64,000 nt of DNA from an uncultured Nitrospiraceae bacterium (GCA_963730935.1 CAVSTP010000004.1:1280001-1344000); one strand, 5' to 3'; shown: positions 17,752 through 28,119, counted from the first letter of the stretch. A program made the numbers and translations. The notes: generated by a model not told the origin, from the letters alone.

Positions 17752-18768
17752 CTACACATGCACGACCCTCAGCGGGAACGATCGCGATGTCACCTCTCTC
17801 ACGTGCTGAACGACGGTATCGACAGTGATCCGGTCCAGGCAATCCCAATAAGGACAGGCTTCATAGATACACTTTTCACAAGTCGGCACTTCTGGACGCA
17901 AGACGACACCTGTTCCTAACGGTTGCCATCGCGCCGGAAGGTTGTTGCGACGAGGATCAAAGAGGCTGATATTCGGCACACCACACGCTGCGGCGATGTG
18001 TGCGGGTCCTGTGGCGCCGGACACCACCGCATTGCTTTCCGCAATGATCGCCATTGTTTCCCGCAATGTAGCGCCCATGAGGCTGACGATTCCCTCCGGA
18101 AGCGGAGACTTGACTGACAGAGAATGAAAGAAATGCACTTCCTCCGGAGCGCTACCGGTGAACACGATACCGTACCCGCAGCCTCGTAGGGCTTCGGCGA
18201 GCTTCCAATACTGCTCGGTTCGCCATCGCCTGGCTGCGAAGCCGCCAGGATGGAGCACCACGCGCGGCGCAGGCACCGCCCGCAAGTGCTTGCCAGCAAT
18301 CCGCCGTTCCTCTTCGGTGATCACCAGCTTGGGAGGGACGGGCGCAGGTGGATCCAGCCCCAGGCCTTTCAACATCCCGACGTTGTAGGCAGTCTCGTGC
18401 TTTGAAAAATCGCTTCGGTGCTCGTAGATCCGGCGATTCGCCAGAACACTGTACCATCGATAGCCGGTAGCGACCCGGATAGGGACTCGGGCCAGCCATG
18501 CAGCCAACATCAGGCGGCGAAACGGCTTGAGAAAAATGGCCGCATCCACTCCTCGCTGAAAAAGTCCAACCAAGTCTCGTAGCGACTCACGTCCCGACAG
18601 GGTCCAAATTTCATCTACGTCCTGATGATGTTCGAGTACGGGGGCCGCGTACTGGCTGGACAAGAATGTCACTCGAGCCTGCGGCTTCACTTGACGCAAC
18701 GCCGTCGCGACAGGCAGGCACAAAATCTCATCGCCGATGCCATCGGGCCTGACTAAGAGGACATTCAT
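17752..18768 (-). CDS. GT9 glycosyltransferase (heptosyltransferase-like)
   Basis: LLVRPDGIGDEIL, LHPGG, TGPAHIAAA, C-terminal Cys cluster. Confidence 0.88.
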   Translation of the reverse strand: MNVLLVRPDGIGDEILCLPVATALRQVKPQARVTFLSSQYAAPVLEHHQDVDEIWTLSGRESLRDLVGLFQRGVDAAIFLKPFRRLMLAAWLARVPIRVATGYRWYSVLANRRIYEHRSDFSKHETAYNVGMLKGLGLDPPAPVPPKLVITEEERRIAGKHLRAVPAPRVVLHPGGFAARRWRTEQYWKLAEALRGCGYGIVFTGSAPEEVHFFHSLSVKSPLPEGIVSLMGATLRETMAIIAESNAVVSGATGPAHIAAACGVPNISLFDPRRNNLPARWQPLGTGVVLRPEVPTCEKCIYEACPYWDCLDRITVDTVVQHVREVTSRSFPLRVVHV

Positions 18769-18811
18769 GGCCTACCAAAAGGGACCGACAATGCGCTTCC
18801 TGACCAGTTGG

Positions 18812-20524
18812 TTAGCGTTCGATCGTCGAGACTGACTTGGGCCGTGCTGCTTGTGCAGCGGCATCCGCGAGAATCCGATCGGCTGCCTCTGCCATCGACG
18901 GGGCGACCATGTCGGGAATGGCCCCGGCAGCCCGTAACATCGTCAACGCCTGTTGATCTACCTGACCGCTCGTGACCAGAATCGACTTCACCCCCGCCGC
19001 CTTGGCCAGTTGGATATCACGGACATGATCACCAACCACATAGGCTTTCCGTAGATCCACCTGCAATTCTGACACGGCACGATCCACCATGCCGGTCGCC
19101 GGTTTGCGGCAACGACAGCCGTCGTCGGGATGGTGTGGGCAAAAATAGATCGCATCCAGCGCAGCATCACTCTGTTCCAACAGGCCCTCCAACCGGGCGT
19201 GGATGGCTTCCAGATCCTTGAGGGTGAGGAAGCCTCTGCCGACGCCGGATTGGTTCGTGACCACCACCAACCGGGCGCCGGCAGACTTGAGGCGCGCCAG
19301 GGCCGTGGTGACCCCGGGTAGCAATTTCAACTCGGAGGCGGACCTCAGGTATCCGGGATCTTCGTTGAGGGTCCCGTCACGGTCCAAGAAAATCGTGTAC
19401 CCGTCAAGCACGCGCGTGCGATCCACCGTCGCTCTCTGCGCCGTGTCATGTCTGTGGTCACAGGAGAGCGCCGAGCGACGAGACAGAATTGACAGCCCTG
19501 CCTGATATACCTGATCTACGGTCACGCCCGTCATGCAGCGGTGGTCGATCGGACATTCCCTTAGCATGCAGGGCGCACAGTCGACAGGATGCCGGAGGAG
19601 CGCATGCTCGGCACCGGACGGTGACGTCGTTCGCCAGTCCGTCGGGCCGAAAATCCCCACAACCGGTACCCCTAGGGCCGAGGCAATGTGCATCGGCCCC
19701 GTGTCATTGGTGATGAGTACGGCACAACGTTTAATCACCGCCATCAACTCGCGGATCGTGGTCGCGCCAGAGAGCACCGCAGAAGGCGCGGTCAGATGCG
19801 AGGCGATCTCCCGTCCCAACGGCTCCTCCCCTTTGGCGCCGATCACCACCACCGCCGGTCTCCGCCCCGCGTCACTGAGCGTGTGGCACACCCGTTCGGT
19901 TGAGTCGGCGAAGCGGTCGGGCAGCCATCGCTTGGCCCCACCGTAGGTCGAGCCCGGATTGATACCGATCACGACATCGGCTGTCGTAATGCCCGTGCGA
20001 TTCAGCCGTTCCGCCATCGACTGCTCCTCGTCGGGCGAGACGAACAATTCTGGCTGGCCTGGACGTCCCGTGAGTCCCAGCGGCTTGAGCATGTCCCAGT
20101 AATACTCGATCTGATGGATTGGTGTACGACGATCGTGCGTCGCCACCGGTTCCGACAATAGAAGACTCCTGCCGTCCGTGGCATATCCATACCGACGTCG
20201 GATGCCCGCGAGCGCGGTCAGCAACGCGGCTTCGAACGCATTCTGGAACAGCACCGCCAAATCGAAGTCCTGTTGCCGCAGCTCGCCAGCCAATCGCCAT
20301 TTCCCCGCCAGTCCTGCATGGCGACCCTTTTCGTCATAGAGGAAGATCCGGTCGACGGCCGGGTGTGATTCAAACAATCCCGCGACCGAGGGCTTCACCA
20401 ACAACGTGATCGAGGCCTGCGGAAACAGTCGCCGCAAACCTCGCAGCGCCGGCTCGCACATCACCGCGTCACCGAGCCAGTTCGGTCCACGTACCAGAAT
20501 CTGCTGCACTCGTCCCTTAGCCAC
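18812..20524 (-). CDS. waaF: Heptosyltransferase II fused to D,D-heptose-1,7-bisphosphate phosphatase (WaaF-GmhB)
   Basis: N-terminal RGPNWLGDAVM, NPGSTYGGAKRW, NDTGPMH. C-terminal HAD domain FLDRDGTL, VTNQSG, CPHHP...CRCRKP, VGD. Confidence 0.92.
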   Translation of the reverse strand: MAKGRVQQILVRGPNWLGDAVMCEPALRGLRRLFPQASITLLVKPSVAGLFESHPAVDRIFLYDEKGRHAGLAGKWRLAGELRQQDFDLAVLFQNAFEAALLTALAGIRRRYGYATDGRSLLLSEPVATHDRRTPIHQIEYYWDMLKPLGLTGRPGQPELFVSPDEEQSMAERLNRTGITTADVVIGINPGSTYGGAKRWLPDRFADSTERVCHTLSDAGRRPAVVVIGAKGEEPLGREIASHLTAPSAVLSGATTIRELMAVIKRCAVLITNDTGPMHIASALGVPVVGIFGPTDWRTTSPSGAEHALLRHPVDCAPCMLRECPIDHRCMTGVTVDQVYQAGLSILSRRSALSCDHRHDTAQRATVDRTRVLDGYTIFLDRDGTLNEDPGYLRSASELKLLPGVTTALARLKSAGARLVVVTNQSGVGRGFLTLKDLEAIHARLEGLLEQSDAALDAIYFCPHHPDDGCRCRKPATGMVDRAVSELQVDLRKAYVVGDHVRDIQLAKAAGVKSILVTSGQVDQQALTMLRAAGAIPDMVAPSMAEAADRILADAAAQAARPKSVSTIER

Positions 20525-20527
20525 GAC

Positions 20528-21598
20528 TCACCTACCTGTTGCTGGTCGCGCGTCCAGGATCATCTTGCGCATCGCGGATTCCCCCGCCCGCCACTCCACG
20601 CGAAGTCTCGCGGCCCACCAGGTGCCGTCGTCGGGCGCCAGATATGGTCGTATCTTCGCCGCGTCTTTTTCCGTGGTCAGCACGACTTCCGCCTTGCGCT
20701 CGATAGCGCGTTCCCGCAGCGTTCCGACGTCGTCCATACTGTAGGCGTAATGGTCCGGATACGCCACCTCATCGATCACGCTGACACCCAATTCCTCGGC
20801 CGTGCTCCGAAACGATGCGGCATGTCCCACGCCGCTCACCAGGAGCGCTCTCTTTCCCTTGCACCACTCGCTGGACCGATGACCGCCTGTCGCCACCGAA
20901 ACCAACTGCGCCGCGCGGAACACCACCTGCGCCGTCATCGGCAACGGATCAACGGTGGACCGCAACTGTCTTAGGATATCATCGACATGATTCTGATTTT
21001 CGGCCCTCGTGACGATCACTCCCGTCGCACGTTCCGCGGCAGTGATCGGCTCCCGCAATCGCCCGGCCGGCAACAGCCGCTTCAACCCTTGGGCATCCGT
21101 GGCATCGACCAGTAAGAGATTCACGTCCCGATGGACACCGAGGTGCTGGAAGCCATCATCCAGGACGATGCAGTCGACGCCACATGTCTCGAGGACATGC
21201 CGACCGAGCCGGTATCGATCCACCCCGACCGCCACGACGGCCCGAGGGCAACGCTGCGCGATCAGGAAGGGCTCGTCCCCGGCTTCCTCCGCTGTTGCGA
21301 CAATCCTCGCGCCGTCCGACACAAGCAGCAGTGGCTCGCGGCTGGTTCGCCGATAACCGCGGCTGAGTACGGCCACCCGTCTCCCTGCCTCCAACAACCA
21401 CTCGGTGATCTGAATCACCAACGGCGTCTTTCCCGTTCCTCCGACGGTGAGATTGCCGATGCTGATCACGGGGACCGGAAGATGTCTTCGCGCAAACCAC
21501 CCGCGCTCATACCCATAGGCGCGTAGCCGTGTTGCCATTTCATAGGGCGCTGCCGCCCAGGAAAGCCACCACATCGGTCTCTGTCCGGGAGTGAGCAC
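20528..21598 (-). CDS. lpxK: Tetraacyldisaccharide 4'-kinase
   Basis: SIGNLTVGGTGKTP, LSRGY, GDEP, LDDGFQH, PAGRLRE, TTEKD. Start at GTG 21598 or ATG 21574. Confidence 0.95.
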   Translation of the reverse strand: MLTPGQRPMWWLSWAAAPYEMATRLRAYGYERGWFARRHLPVPVISIGNLTVGGTGKTPLVIQITEWLLEAGRRVAVLSRGYRRTSREPLLLVSDGARIVATAEEAGDEPFLIAQRCPRAVVAVGVDRYRLGRHVLETCGVDCIVLDDGFQHLGVHRDVNLLLVDATDAQGLKRLLPAGRLREPITAAERATGVIVTRAENQNHVDDILRQLRSTVDPLPMTAQVVFRAAQLVSVATGGHRSSEWCKGKRALLVSGVGHAASFRSTAEELGVSVIDEVAYPDHYAYSMDDVGTLRERAIERKAEVVLTTEKDAAKIRPYLAPDDGTWWAARLRVEWRAGESAMRKMILDARPATGR

Positions 21599-21605
21599 CG
21601 TGTCG

Positions 21606-22949
21606 TTATCGTCCCGCCATGAGCGGAAATGAACCGGGCGAACATGACGCAGAGCGGTTGGCGTCCACGGAGGCCAATTGACGATCGATGGCGTCGATCG
21701 TCGCCTGAAGCGCTCCCTGGTTCTGCTGCACCATCGACTGAGCCGCTTGCCCCATACGGACACATTCTTCATGATGGTCAAACAGCCGTGCGAGTTGCAC
21801 AGTCAGTTCCTCGGCTGTGCTCACCCGACGTCCGCCGTCTGCCTGCACCAGGAGATTGGCGATCTCCACACAATGATCGGTATAGGGGCCGAAGATGACC
21901 GGTTTGGCCCAAAAGGCCGGCTCCAATAGATTGTGACCGCCGATGGGAACGAGGGTGCCCCCGACGAAAGCGACGGTCGCTTCTCGATACACCGATGCCA
22001 GCTCTCCGCGCGAATCGAGAATGACGACCTGTGGCCTGGACCCTCCAGTCCCATCCGGTTGAGGGATTCGGCTTCGCCGACGTACCGTCAAGCCGCGGCC
22101 GCGCACCATCGCTTCCACCGCATCCGCTCGCTCGATGTGACGTGGAGCAACCAGCAACTGCGCAGACGGGTGCCGCGCCAGCAGTGAGTGATACGCATCC
22201 ACCAGCATCTCTTCTTCGATCGCATGCGTGCTACCGGCGACCAGCAGCGGAGCCTCCGGCGCCAGCCCCAACTCCATCCTCGACACCTTCCGCTCGGAAG
22301 CAGCCGGCAGGGGTTGATCAAATTTGATGTTGCCTGTGCGATGCACCGACCGCGGATCCGCTCCGAGTGCAATGATCCGTTCCGCGTCGCGATCGGACTG
22401 CATCAGGCACAAGCGCAGCGAGCGCAGCATGATCTCATACAGCCACCGGACCGGCGCCCGTCGTTGACGGGCATAGGACTTCGTCGACAGTCGTCCATTG
22501 ACCATAACGGCCGGAACGCCCCGACGGGACAATTGCCCAAGAAGATTGGGCCACAGCTCGGTTTCGATGAATACGTACAGCGCCGGCCGCAGCCGGTCGA
22601 TGGTGCGCGAGACCGCCCAGGGAAAATCTAGCGGTGCATACAGATGTTCCGCAAGGCCCGCCAATCGTTGCTCGACGGCGTCACGTCCGGTCTCGGTGGC
22701 CGTGGAGACCGCAAAGCGATGGTCCGGATGCCGCCGGTGGAGTTCACGGACCAATGGCGTAATCGCCACCACTTCCCCTAGCGAGACGGCATGCATCCAA
22801 ATGAGCGGTCTATGATCCGGCGAGATGCGGGGCGCGGTGAATCCGAACCGTTGCGGTAATCCTCGCCGGCAACGCGGTTTGGCCAAGAGCAAGACAAGGA
22901 TCACCGGCGACGCGATCAGCAACAGCCCATTGTAGAAGACGTTCCACAT
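21606..22949 (-). CDS. waaA: Kdo transferase
   Basis: WMHAVSLGE, ETELWPN, GNIKFD, AGSTH, APRHIER, GGHNLLEP. Confidence 0.95.
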   Translation of the reverse strand: MWNVFYNGLLLIASPVILVLLLAKPRCRRGLPQRFGFTAPRISPDHRPLIWMHAVSLGEVVAITPLVRELHRRHPDHRFAVSTATETGRDAVEQRLAGLAEHLYAPLDFPWAVSRTIDRLRPALYVFIETELWPNLLGQLSRRGVPAVMVNGRLSTKSYARQRRAPVRWLYEIMLRSLRLCLMQSDRDAERIIALGADPRSVHRTGNIKFDQPLPAASERKVSRMELGLAPEAPLLVAGSTHAIEEEMLVDAYHSLLARHPSAQLLVAPRHIERADAVEAMVRGRGLTVRRRSRIPQPDGTGGSRPQVVILDSRGELASVYREATVAFVGGTLVPIGGHNLLEPAFWAKPVIFGPYTDHCVEIANLLVQADGGRRVSTAEELTVQLARLFDHHEECVRMGQAAQSMVQQNQGALQATIDAIDRQLASVDANRSASCSPGSFPLMAGR

Positions 22950-22984
22950 CGACGTGACGATCGAACGGAAGAATAATCGACTGA

Positions 22985-23403
22985 TCAACCGAGCGACGGA
23001 GTGTGGGACACGGCCTCGTCAGCCTGGGCAGTCAGGCTATTCAAGAGCGCTTCCAGCTCCAGGCGTGGCTTCCAAGTCCGCCGCATCGCCGTCCGGCGAG
23101 ACCCACAAGGGCGGTCCCCACAGGAAAAGACCCCGCGACCAGGGGTATGGCACCATGAAACGGTCCCAACTCGCAAAGAGTTTTTTTGAGCAGCTGAATG
23201 CCAGCGGGATGATTGGTAGCCTGGAAGCTCGCGCGAGCCGAATCATGTCCATTTTGGCGACCTGCCGCGGTCCGTTTGGCCCATCCGGTGTCACGACCAG
23301 ACCCACTCCGGAGCGGCCCAGCCGGATCACCGCCGGCGCCGGCCGGCGGGATCACGGCGAGTTTCATCCAGCGTTCCAGCGGTTTTAAGAGCTGGTTAGT
23401 CAT
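22985..23403 (-). pseudogene. Disrupted DUF374 lysophospholipid/lipid A acyltransferase (LpxJ-like)
   Basis: Protein-like segments in three frames: MTNQLLKPLERWMKLAVIPPAGAG / VIRLGRSGVGLVVTPDGPNGPRQVAK...SWDRFMVPYPWSRG / RLELEALLNSLTAQADE. The N-terminal half of the domain is missing. Confidence 0.8.
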
Positions 23404-25141
23404 CCGGCATATCCTGGAACTGGAGGGCGTGGAGTCGCTTGTATTGACCGCCCTTCAGCAAGAGCTCGTCATGGGTTCCCGTTTCGACAATCGTGCCGCG
23501 ATCTAATACGACGATCCGGTCGGCCCGTTGAACCGTGGACAAGCGATGTGCAATCACCAGCGTCGTCCGGTGGGCCATGAGATTGCTCAACGCCAGCTGC
23601 ACGACGCGTTCGGACTCGGTATCAAGCGCCGAGGTCGCTTCATCCAGAATGAGCAAGGGCGGATCACGCAGAATCGCCCTTGCGATCGCCAGCCGTTGCC
23701 GCTCTCCGCCCGACAACTTGATGCCCTTTTCGCCGACCATGCTGGTATAGCCCTGAGGCAGTCGCTCGATGAACTCGTGCGCATAGGCCAGTTTGGCCGC
23801 TTGCACGACGTCCGCCTCCGTCGCATGCTGCCGTCCGAAGGCGATGTTGTTGAACACGGAGTCGTCGAACAGGACCACCTCCTGAGACACGATGCCGATT
23901 TGAGCCCGCAACGAGGCCAGCGTGACGGATTGAATATCGACTCCGTCGATCAGCACGGATCCCGCCGTCGGCGTATAGAATCGCGGGAGCAGATTCGCCA
24001 GCGTCGTCTTTCCGCTTCCGCTGCTTCCAACGACCGCCACCATTTGGCCGGCTTGAATCACGAGATCGACGTCGGACAAGGCAGGGACCGTCTGACCTTC
24101 GTACAGAAACGTCACGTCCTGATAGACGACTGACCGCGCAATCGGCGGCATCACCACCTGCCCGCGATCAGTGTCCTGCTCGGTTTCGAGATCGATCACG
24201 CCGAAGACCCGCTCGGCCGCCGCCAACGCCTGTTGAATGGTATTGTTCGAACCGGAGAGCCGGCGGAGCGGCGTAAACACCATAAACATCGCCGCGAGGA
24301 ACGAAAAAAACGCTCCCGGCGTCATGTCTCCGTTGATCACGAGGGAGCCGCCGTACCAGATGATCACCGCCACACCGACCACCCCGATCACCTCGATGTG
24401 GGAGGAACCAAGCGAGGACACCTGGATCGCCTTCATCGTGGTGCTGAGGAAGGCCTTGTTGCTCTCCTTGAAGCGCTCGGCTTCGGCCTCTTCGCGACCG
24501 TACGCCTTCACCATGCGGATGCCGGAGAGGGTCTCCTGTAACGTCGAGGCCATGTCTCCCATCTGCTCCTGACCGCTTTTCCCGAGGGCGCGCAGACGTT
24601 TGCCCATCCGCATCATGGTCACGACGGCAAGCGGAATCACGATGATCGACATGCCGCCCAGCTTCCAGTTCTGATAGAAAATTACGCCCAACATCGCCAG
24701 GAACGTCAGACCCTGTTGAAAGATGTCCTTCAGGACACCGGCAATCGCGTTGGCCATTAAGGTGACATCGTTGATCACGCGGGATACCAATCGGCCGGAC
24801 GTATTGGCATCATGATACTGCACCGGCAACCGCACCATTTTCCCGAACAGTTCCTGCCGGATGTCGGTGATCACCTGGTTGCCCACATAATTCATCAGGT
24901 AGTTTTGACCGTAGCTGAACGCACTCTTCAGCACGGACACCGCAAAGAGGGCCAGCGGGAGGACGAGCAGCAACGTTTCATTTTTGTTGATAAAAATTTC
25001 ATCGAGGACCGGCTTCACCAGCCAGGCGTAGGCTCCGGACAGCGCGGCAACCAGCGCCGAACACACGAAGGCCAGACCCAATCGAACCCGGTAGGGTTTG
25101 AGATATCGAACCAGTCGTATGAACCGGTCTAGGCTCGACAT
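23396..25141 (-). CDS. msbA: Lipid A export ABC transporter
   Basis: TMD plus NBD (GSSGSGKT, LSGGERQR, ILDEATSALD), located in the lpxB-waaA-lpxK cluster. Confidence 0.93.
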   Translation of the reverse strand: MSSLDRFIRLVRYLKPYRVRLGLAFVCSALVAALSGAYAWLVKPVLDEIFINKNETLLLVLPLALFAVSVLKSAFSYGQNYLMNYVGNQVITDIRQELFGKMVRLPVQYHDANTSGRLVSRVINDVTLMANAIAGVLKDIFQQGLTFLAMLGVIFYQNWKLGGMSIIVIPLAVVTMMRMGKRLRALGKSGQEQMGDMASTLQETLSGIRMVKAYGREEAEAERFKESNKAFLSTTMKAIQVSSLGSSHIEVIGVVGVAVIIWYGGSLVINGDMTPGAFFSFLAAMFMVFTPLRRLSGSNNTIQQALAAAERVFGVIDLETEQDTDRGQVVMPPIARSVVYQDVTFLYEGQTVPALSDVDLVIQAGQMVAVVGSSGSGKTTLANLLPRFYTPTAGSVLIDGVDIQSVTLASLRAQIGIVSQEVVLFDDSVFNNIAFGRQHATEADVVQAAKLAYAHEFIERLPQGYTSMVGEKGIKLSGGERQRLAIARAILRDPPLLILDEATSALDTESERVVQLALSNLMAHRTTLVIAHRLSTVQRADRIVVLDRGTIVETGTHDELLLKGGQYKRLHALQFQDMPDD

Positions 25142-26259
25142 GCTTCGAGCATCACCTCAGCGGCACGATGTGAGGCGCCCGGTTCACCGAGCGCTTCCCG
25201 AACCTGGCGCAATCCGTCTTTCATGTCCTGATAGGCCTTCCGATCGGTCAAGAGACGCCGCACTTCCTGCCACAGCCGTTCGGCGGTCGCCTCGTCCTGA
25301 ATCAACTCGGGGACAATGGCCCGGCCCGCCACAAGGTTCACCAGCCCGATCCACTTCACTCGAACCAACCAACGCGCGACCCAGTATGTGGGCAGCGTCG
25401 TTTTGTAGACGAGGATCATCGGCGTACCGACGACCGCCGCCTGGAGCGTAGCAGTTCCTGATGCGACCAGGAGCACATCCGAGGCCGCCATGACTTCACT
25501 CGCCTGATCCTTCGCCACGGTGACCGGCACCGGGCTGTGCCGCAGCAGAGTGTGGAGCAGATTGTCGTCAATCGATGAGGCCTGGGCCAGGACAAATTGC
25601 GTTTTCGGATCGCTCGCCACCAGGCGCCGCGCCGTCTCCAGAAGCATCGGCAGCAGCATGGTGACCTCCGCCACACGACTGCCCGGCAGCAACCCTACCA
25701 CCGGCGCCGAGGCGTCGAGATTATACCTCGCCCGCAGCGCCGTCCGGTCATACTGCGACGCCACCGAATCCAGCAACGGATGGCCGACGAACGTACACCG
25801 GACGCCCGCCCGCCGGTAGAGCTCCGCCTCAAAGGGCAGAATGACGACGATATGATCTACGTTTCGCTGAATCCATTTCATCCGGCCCGGGCGCCAGGCC
25901 CACACTTGAGGTGCGATGTAATACAGCACGCGGAGCCCGGCGGCCCTGGCGACGCGGGCGAAATGAAAATTGAGCCCGGGATTGTCGATCAACACGACGA
26001 GATCCCACGGTTCAGCCTTCAAGACCCGCCGAATCGCGAACACACGCTGGACGAGGGATCGGACAGCGGACAGCCCGATGAGTCCCACCACGTCGAGTTG
26101 CGGAATCCCGGGGATCATGGTCACCCCGGCTGCTCTCATCCCGGCGCCGCCGATACCAACCAGCTGAACGCTCGGGTCGAGGGCAGCAATTGCTTTGGCC
26201 AGATGAGCTCCGTGGAGATCTCCCGACGCTTCACCGGCGATCATTAGGATTCGCGGCAT
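25129..26259 (-). CDS. lpxB: Lipid A disaccharide synthase
   Basis: AGEASGD, YIAPQVWAWR, ILPFE, FVGHPL, LLPGSR, ASGTATL. Confidence 0.96.
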   Translation of the reverse strand: MPRILMIAGEASGDLHGAHLAKAIAALDPSVQLVGIGGAGMRAAGVTMIPGIPQLDVVGLIGLSAVRSLVQRVFAIRRVLKAEPWDLVVLIDNPGLNFHFARVARAAGLRVLYYIAPQVWAWRPGRMKWIQRNVDHIVVILPFEAELYRRAGVRCTFVGHPLLDSVASQYDRTALRARYNLDASAPVVGLLPGSRVAEVTMLLPMLLETARRLVASDPKTQFVLAQASSIDDNLLHTLLRHSPVPVTVAKDQASEVMAASDVLLVASGTATLQAAVVGTPMILVYKTTLPTYWVARWLVRVKWIGLVNLVAGRAIVPELIQDEATAERLWQEVRRLLTDRKAYQDMKDGLRQVREALGEPGASHRAAEVMLEACRA

Positions 26260-26271
26260 GGACGACCACGC

Positions 26272-27252
26272 TCAGGGTGACGTTGAGGCGGACTGAGAAG
26301 GTGCTCCTTGATTCCGTCTGACAAACTGCTCGATGGCCTCCAATACCCGATGCGCGAGGTGCAATGCTGCGGCACCGTCCTCACCGGAGACGACCGGCCT
26401 GTGTCCTGCGGCAACGGCGGTGAGAAACGACTCGAGCTGAAGCTTCAACGGCTCCTCTTCGCTGCCTCGCAGCTGCTCCATGACGATCGACGGCCGCACA
26501 CCGGTGCCGGCCTCGCGACGGCAGATCATGCCTTGCCTGGCATGGAAGTCGATCGACAGATAGTTGTCCCGCTGAAACAACCGGAGGCGCCGCATCTTGT
26601 TCGTGGAGACACGGCTTGCCGTGAGATTGGCCACGCATCCGCTCGTGAATTGGATTCGTGCATTGGCGATATCGACGGTCGATGACAGGACCGGCACGCC
26701 GGCGGCCTGGACGTCCTCAACTTCGCCTGGATTGAAGGACAGCACCATATCGAGATCATGGATCATGAGATCGAGAATCACGTCTACGTCGGTGCCCCGC
26801 TCGCTGAAGCTGCTCAGACGGTGACATTCGATAAAAACCGGGCGACCGATGTGCGGACGCATGACCTGCATGATCGGATTGAAGCGCTCACTGTGTCCGA
26901 CTTGAAGCCGGCATCGGCGCTGCGCCGCAAGCTGGACCAACTCGCTCGCCTCGCCGGAAGTCACAGCAATGGGCTTTTCGACGAGAACGTGTTTGCCGGC
27001 CTGCAAACAGGCTTTTGCGACCTGGTAATGTGAGGACGTCGGCACCGCGACGCTGACGACGTCGACCTGCGGCAACAGCTCTTCCAGTGAACGAAAGACT
27101 TTGACCCCATGCCGCTCGGCAATCATCCGTGCGCGTTCCGCCGATTGGTCGACGACGCCGACCAGGCTGGAACCGGGAAGCGATGCGTAGAGCCGGGTGT
27201 GATGCTGTCCAAGATGGCCGACCCCGATCACACCCGCCCGCAAGGGTGTCAC
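26272..27252 (-). CDS. Gfo/Idh/MocA oxidoreductase, GnnA-like (UDP-GlcNAc 3-dehydrogenase)
   Basis: GVIGVGHLG, HVLVEKP, GHSERFNP, DVDVILDLMIHDLD; lies between lpxA/lpxI and lpxB. Confidence 0.78.
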   Translation of the reverse strand: MTPLRAGVIGVGHLGQHHTRLYASLPGSSLVGVVDQSAERARMIAERHGVKVFRSLEELLPQVDVVSVAVPTSSHYQVAKACLQAGKHVLVEKPIAVTSGEASELVQLAAQRRCRLQVGHSERFNPIMQVMRPHIGRPVFIECHRLSSFSERGTDVDVILDLMIHDLDMVLSFNPGEVEDVQAAGVPVLSSTVDIANARIQFTSGCVANLTASRVSTNKMRRLRLFQRDNYLSIDFHARQGMICRREAGTGVRPSIVMEQLRGSEEEPLKLQLESFLTAVAAGHRPVVSGEDGAAALHLAHRVLEAIEQFVRRNQGAPSQSASTSP

Positions 27253-27255
27253 GGG

Positions 27256-28113
27256 CTATGATCCTCCGTTCTGAGGAGGTGGTTTCACGATGCCGACCAC
27301 GGCGATACGGGCCGACTTCGCGTGTTTCAATGTCAGGTCGCGGTCAAGGATGATCGTACGGCCCGCCTCGACGGCCAGAACCGACGCGTTCACGGACGCC
27401 ATGACCTCGATGGTCCGAGGGCCGACGGCCGGCAGATCGAATCGCAAATCTTGTTGAGGCTTACACCGTTTCACCACGACAGCGCCGTCTTTCGCCAGCT
27501 GGCCGCCCCGCTTGATCGCTTCGTCCGTGCCTTCGACCGCTTCCACTGCCACGACCACGCGGTCCTTGACGACGACGCATTGTCCGATGTCGAGCCGTCC
27601 GATATCGTGAGCCACTTCCCAGCCGTACCGGATGTCTTCCCATTCCTTCTCGCTGGGCACACGAGCCGTCAATGGACCTTCGTCGGCCAGGATTCCCTCG
27701 AGGCCGAAGGTCGATTCGCAGATCGCGATGCCTTCCTTTTCCAGTTCCTTGGCGATCTCACGGAGGATGTCGTCATCCTTCCAGAGCGCGAGCCTTGCGG
27801 CCAGCGCCAACGTGCGGAAATCCGGACGAACGGTGGTGAAGACGTGCGTCTTTTTGATTCCGCCCAGCATAACCGCCTGATGCACCTGGTCGTCCTTGAA
27901 CGCCTTGATCAGCTTATTGAGCTGGCCGATCTTGATCCAATGGATGCGGTCCACATGATTTGCCAACTCCGGATCGGTTTCCCCCTCATGGGCGACGGCA
28001 GACACGTGATAGCCGAGCATTCGGGCATTATCCGCGAAGATGATCGGAAACCGGCCGTTGCCGGCAATCAGTCCCAGCCGTTCGCCGCTTTCCACATGAG
28101 GCGCTTGCGTCAT
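27256..28113 (-). CDS. lpxI: UDP-2,3-diacylglucosamine pyrophosphatase
   Basis: GLIAGNGRFP, LDIGQ, AVEAVEGTD, QDLRFDLPAVG. Confidence 0.94.
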   Translation of the reverse strand: MTQAPHVESGERLGLIAGNGRFPIIFADNARMLGYHVSAVAHEGETDPELANHVDRIHWIKIGQLNKLIKAFKDDQVHQAVMLGGIKKTHVFTTVRPDFRTLALAARLALWKDDDILREIAKELEKEGIAICESTFGLEGILADEGPLTARVPSEKEWEDIRYGWEVAHDIGRLDIGQCVVVKDRVVVAVEAVEGTDEAIKRGGQLAKDGAVVVKRCKPQQDLRFDLPAVGPRTIEVMASVNASVLAVEAGRTIILDRDLTLKHAKSARIAVVGIVKPPPQNGGS

Positions 28114-28119
28114 GAACGC

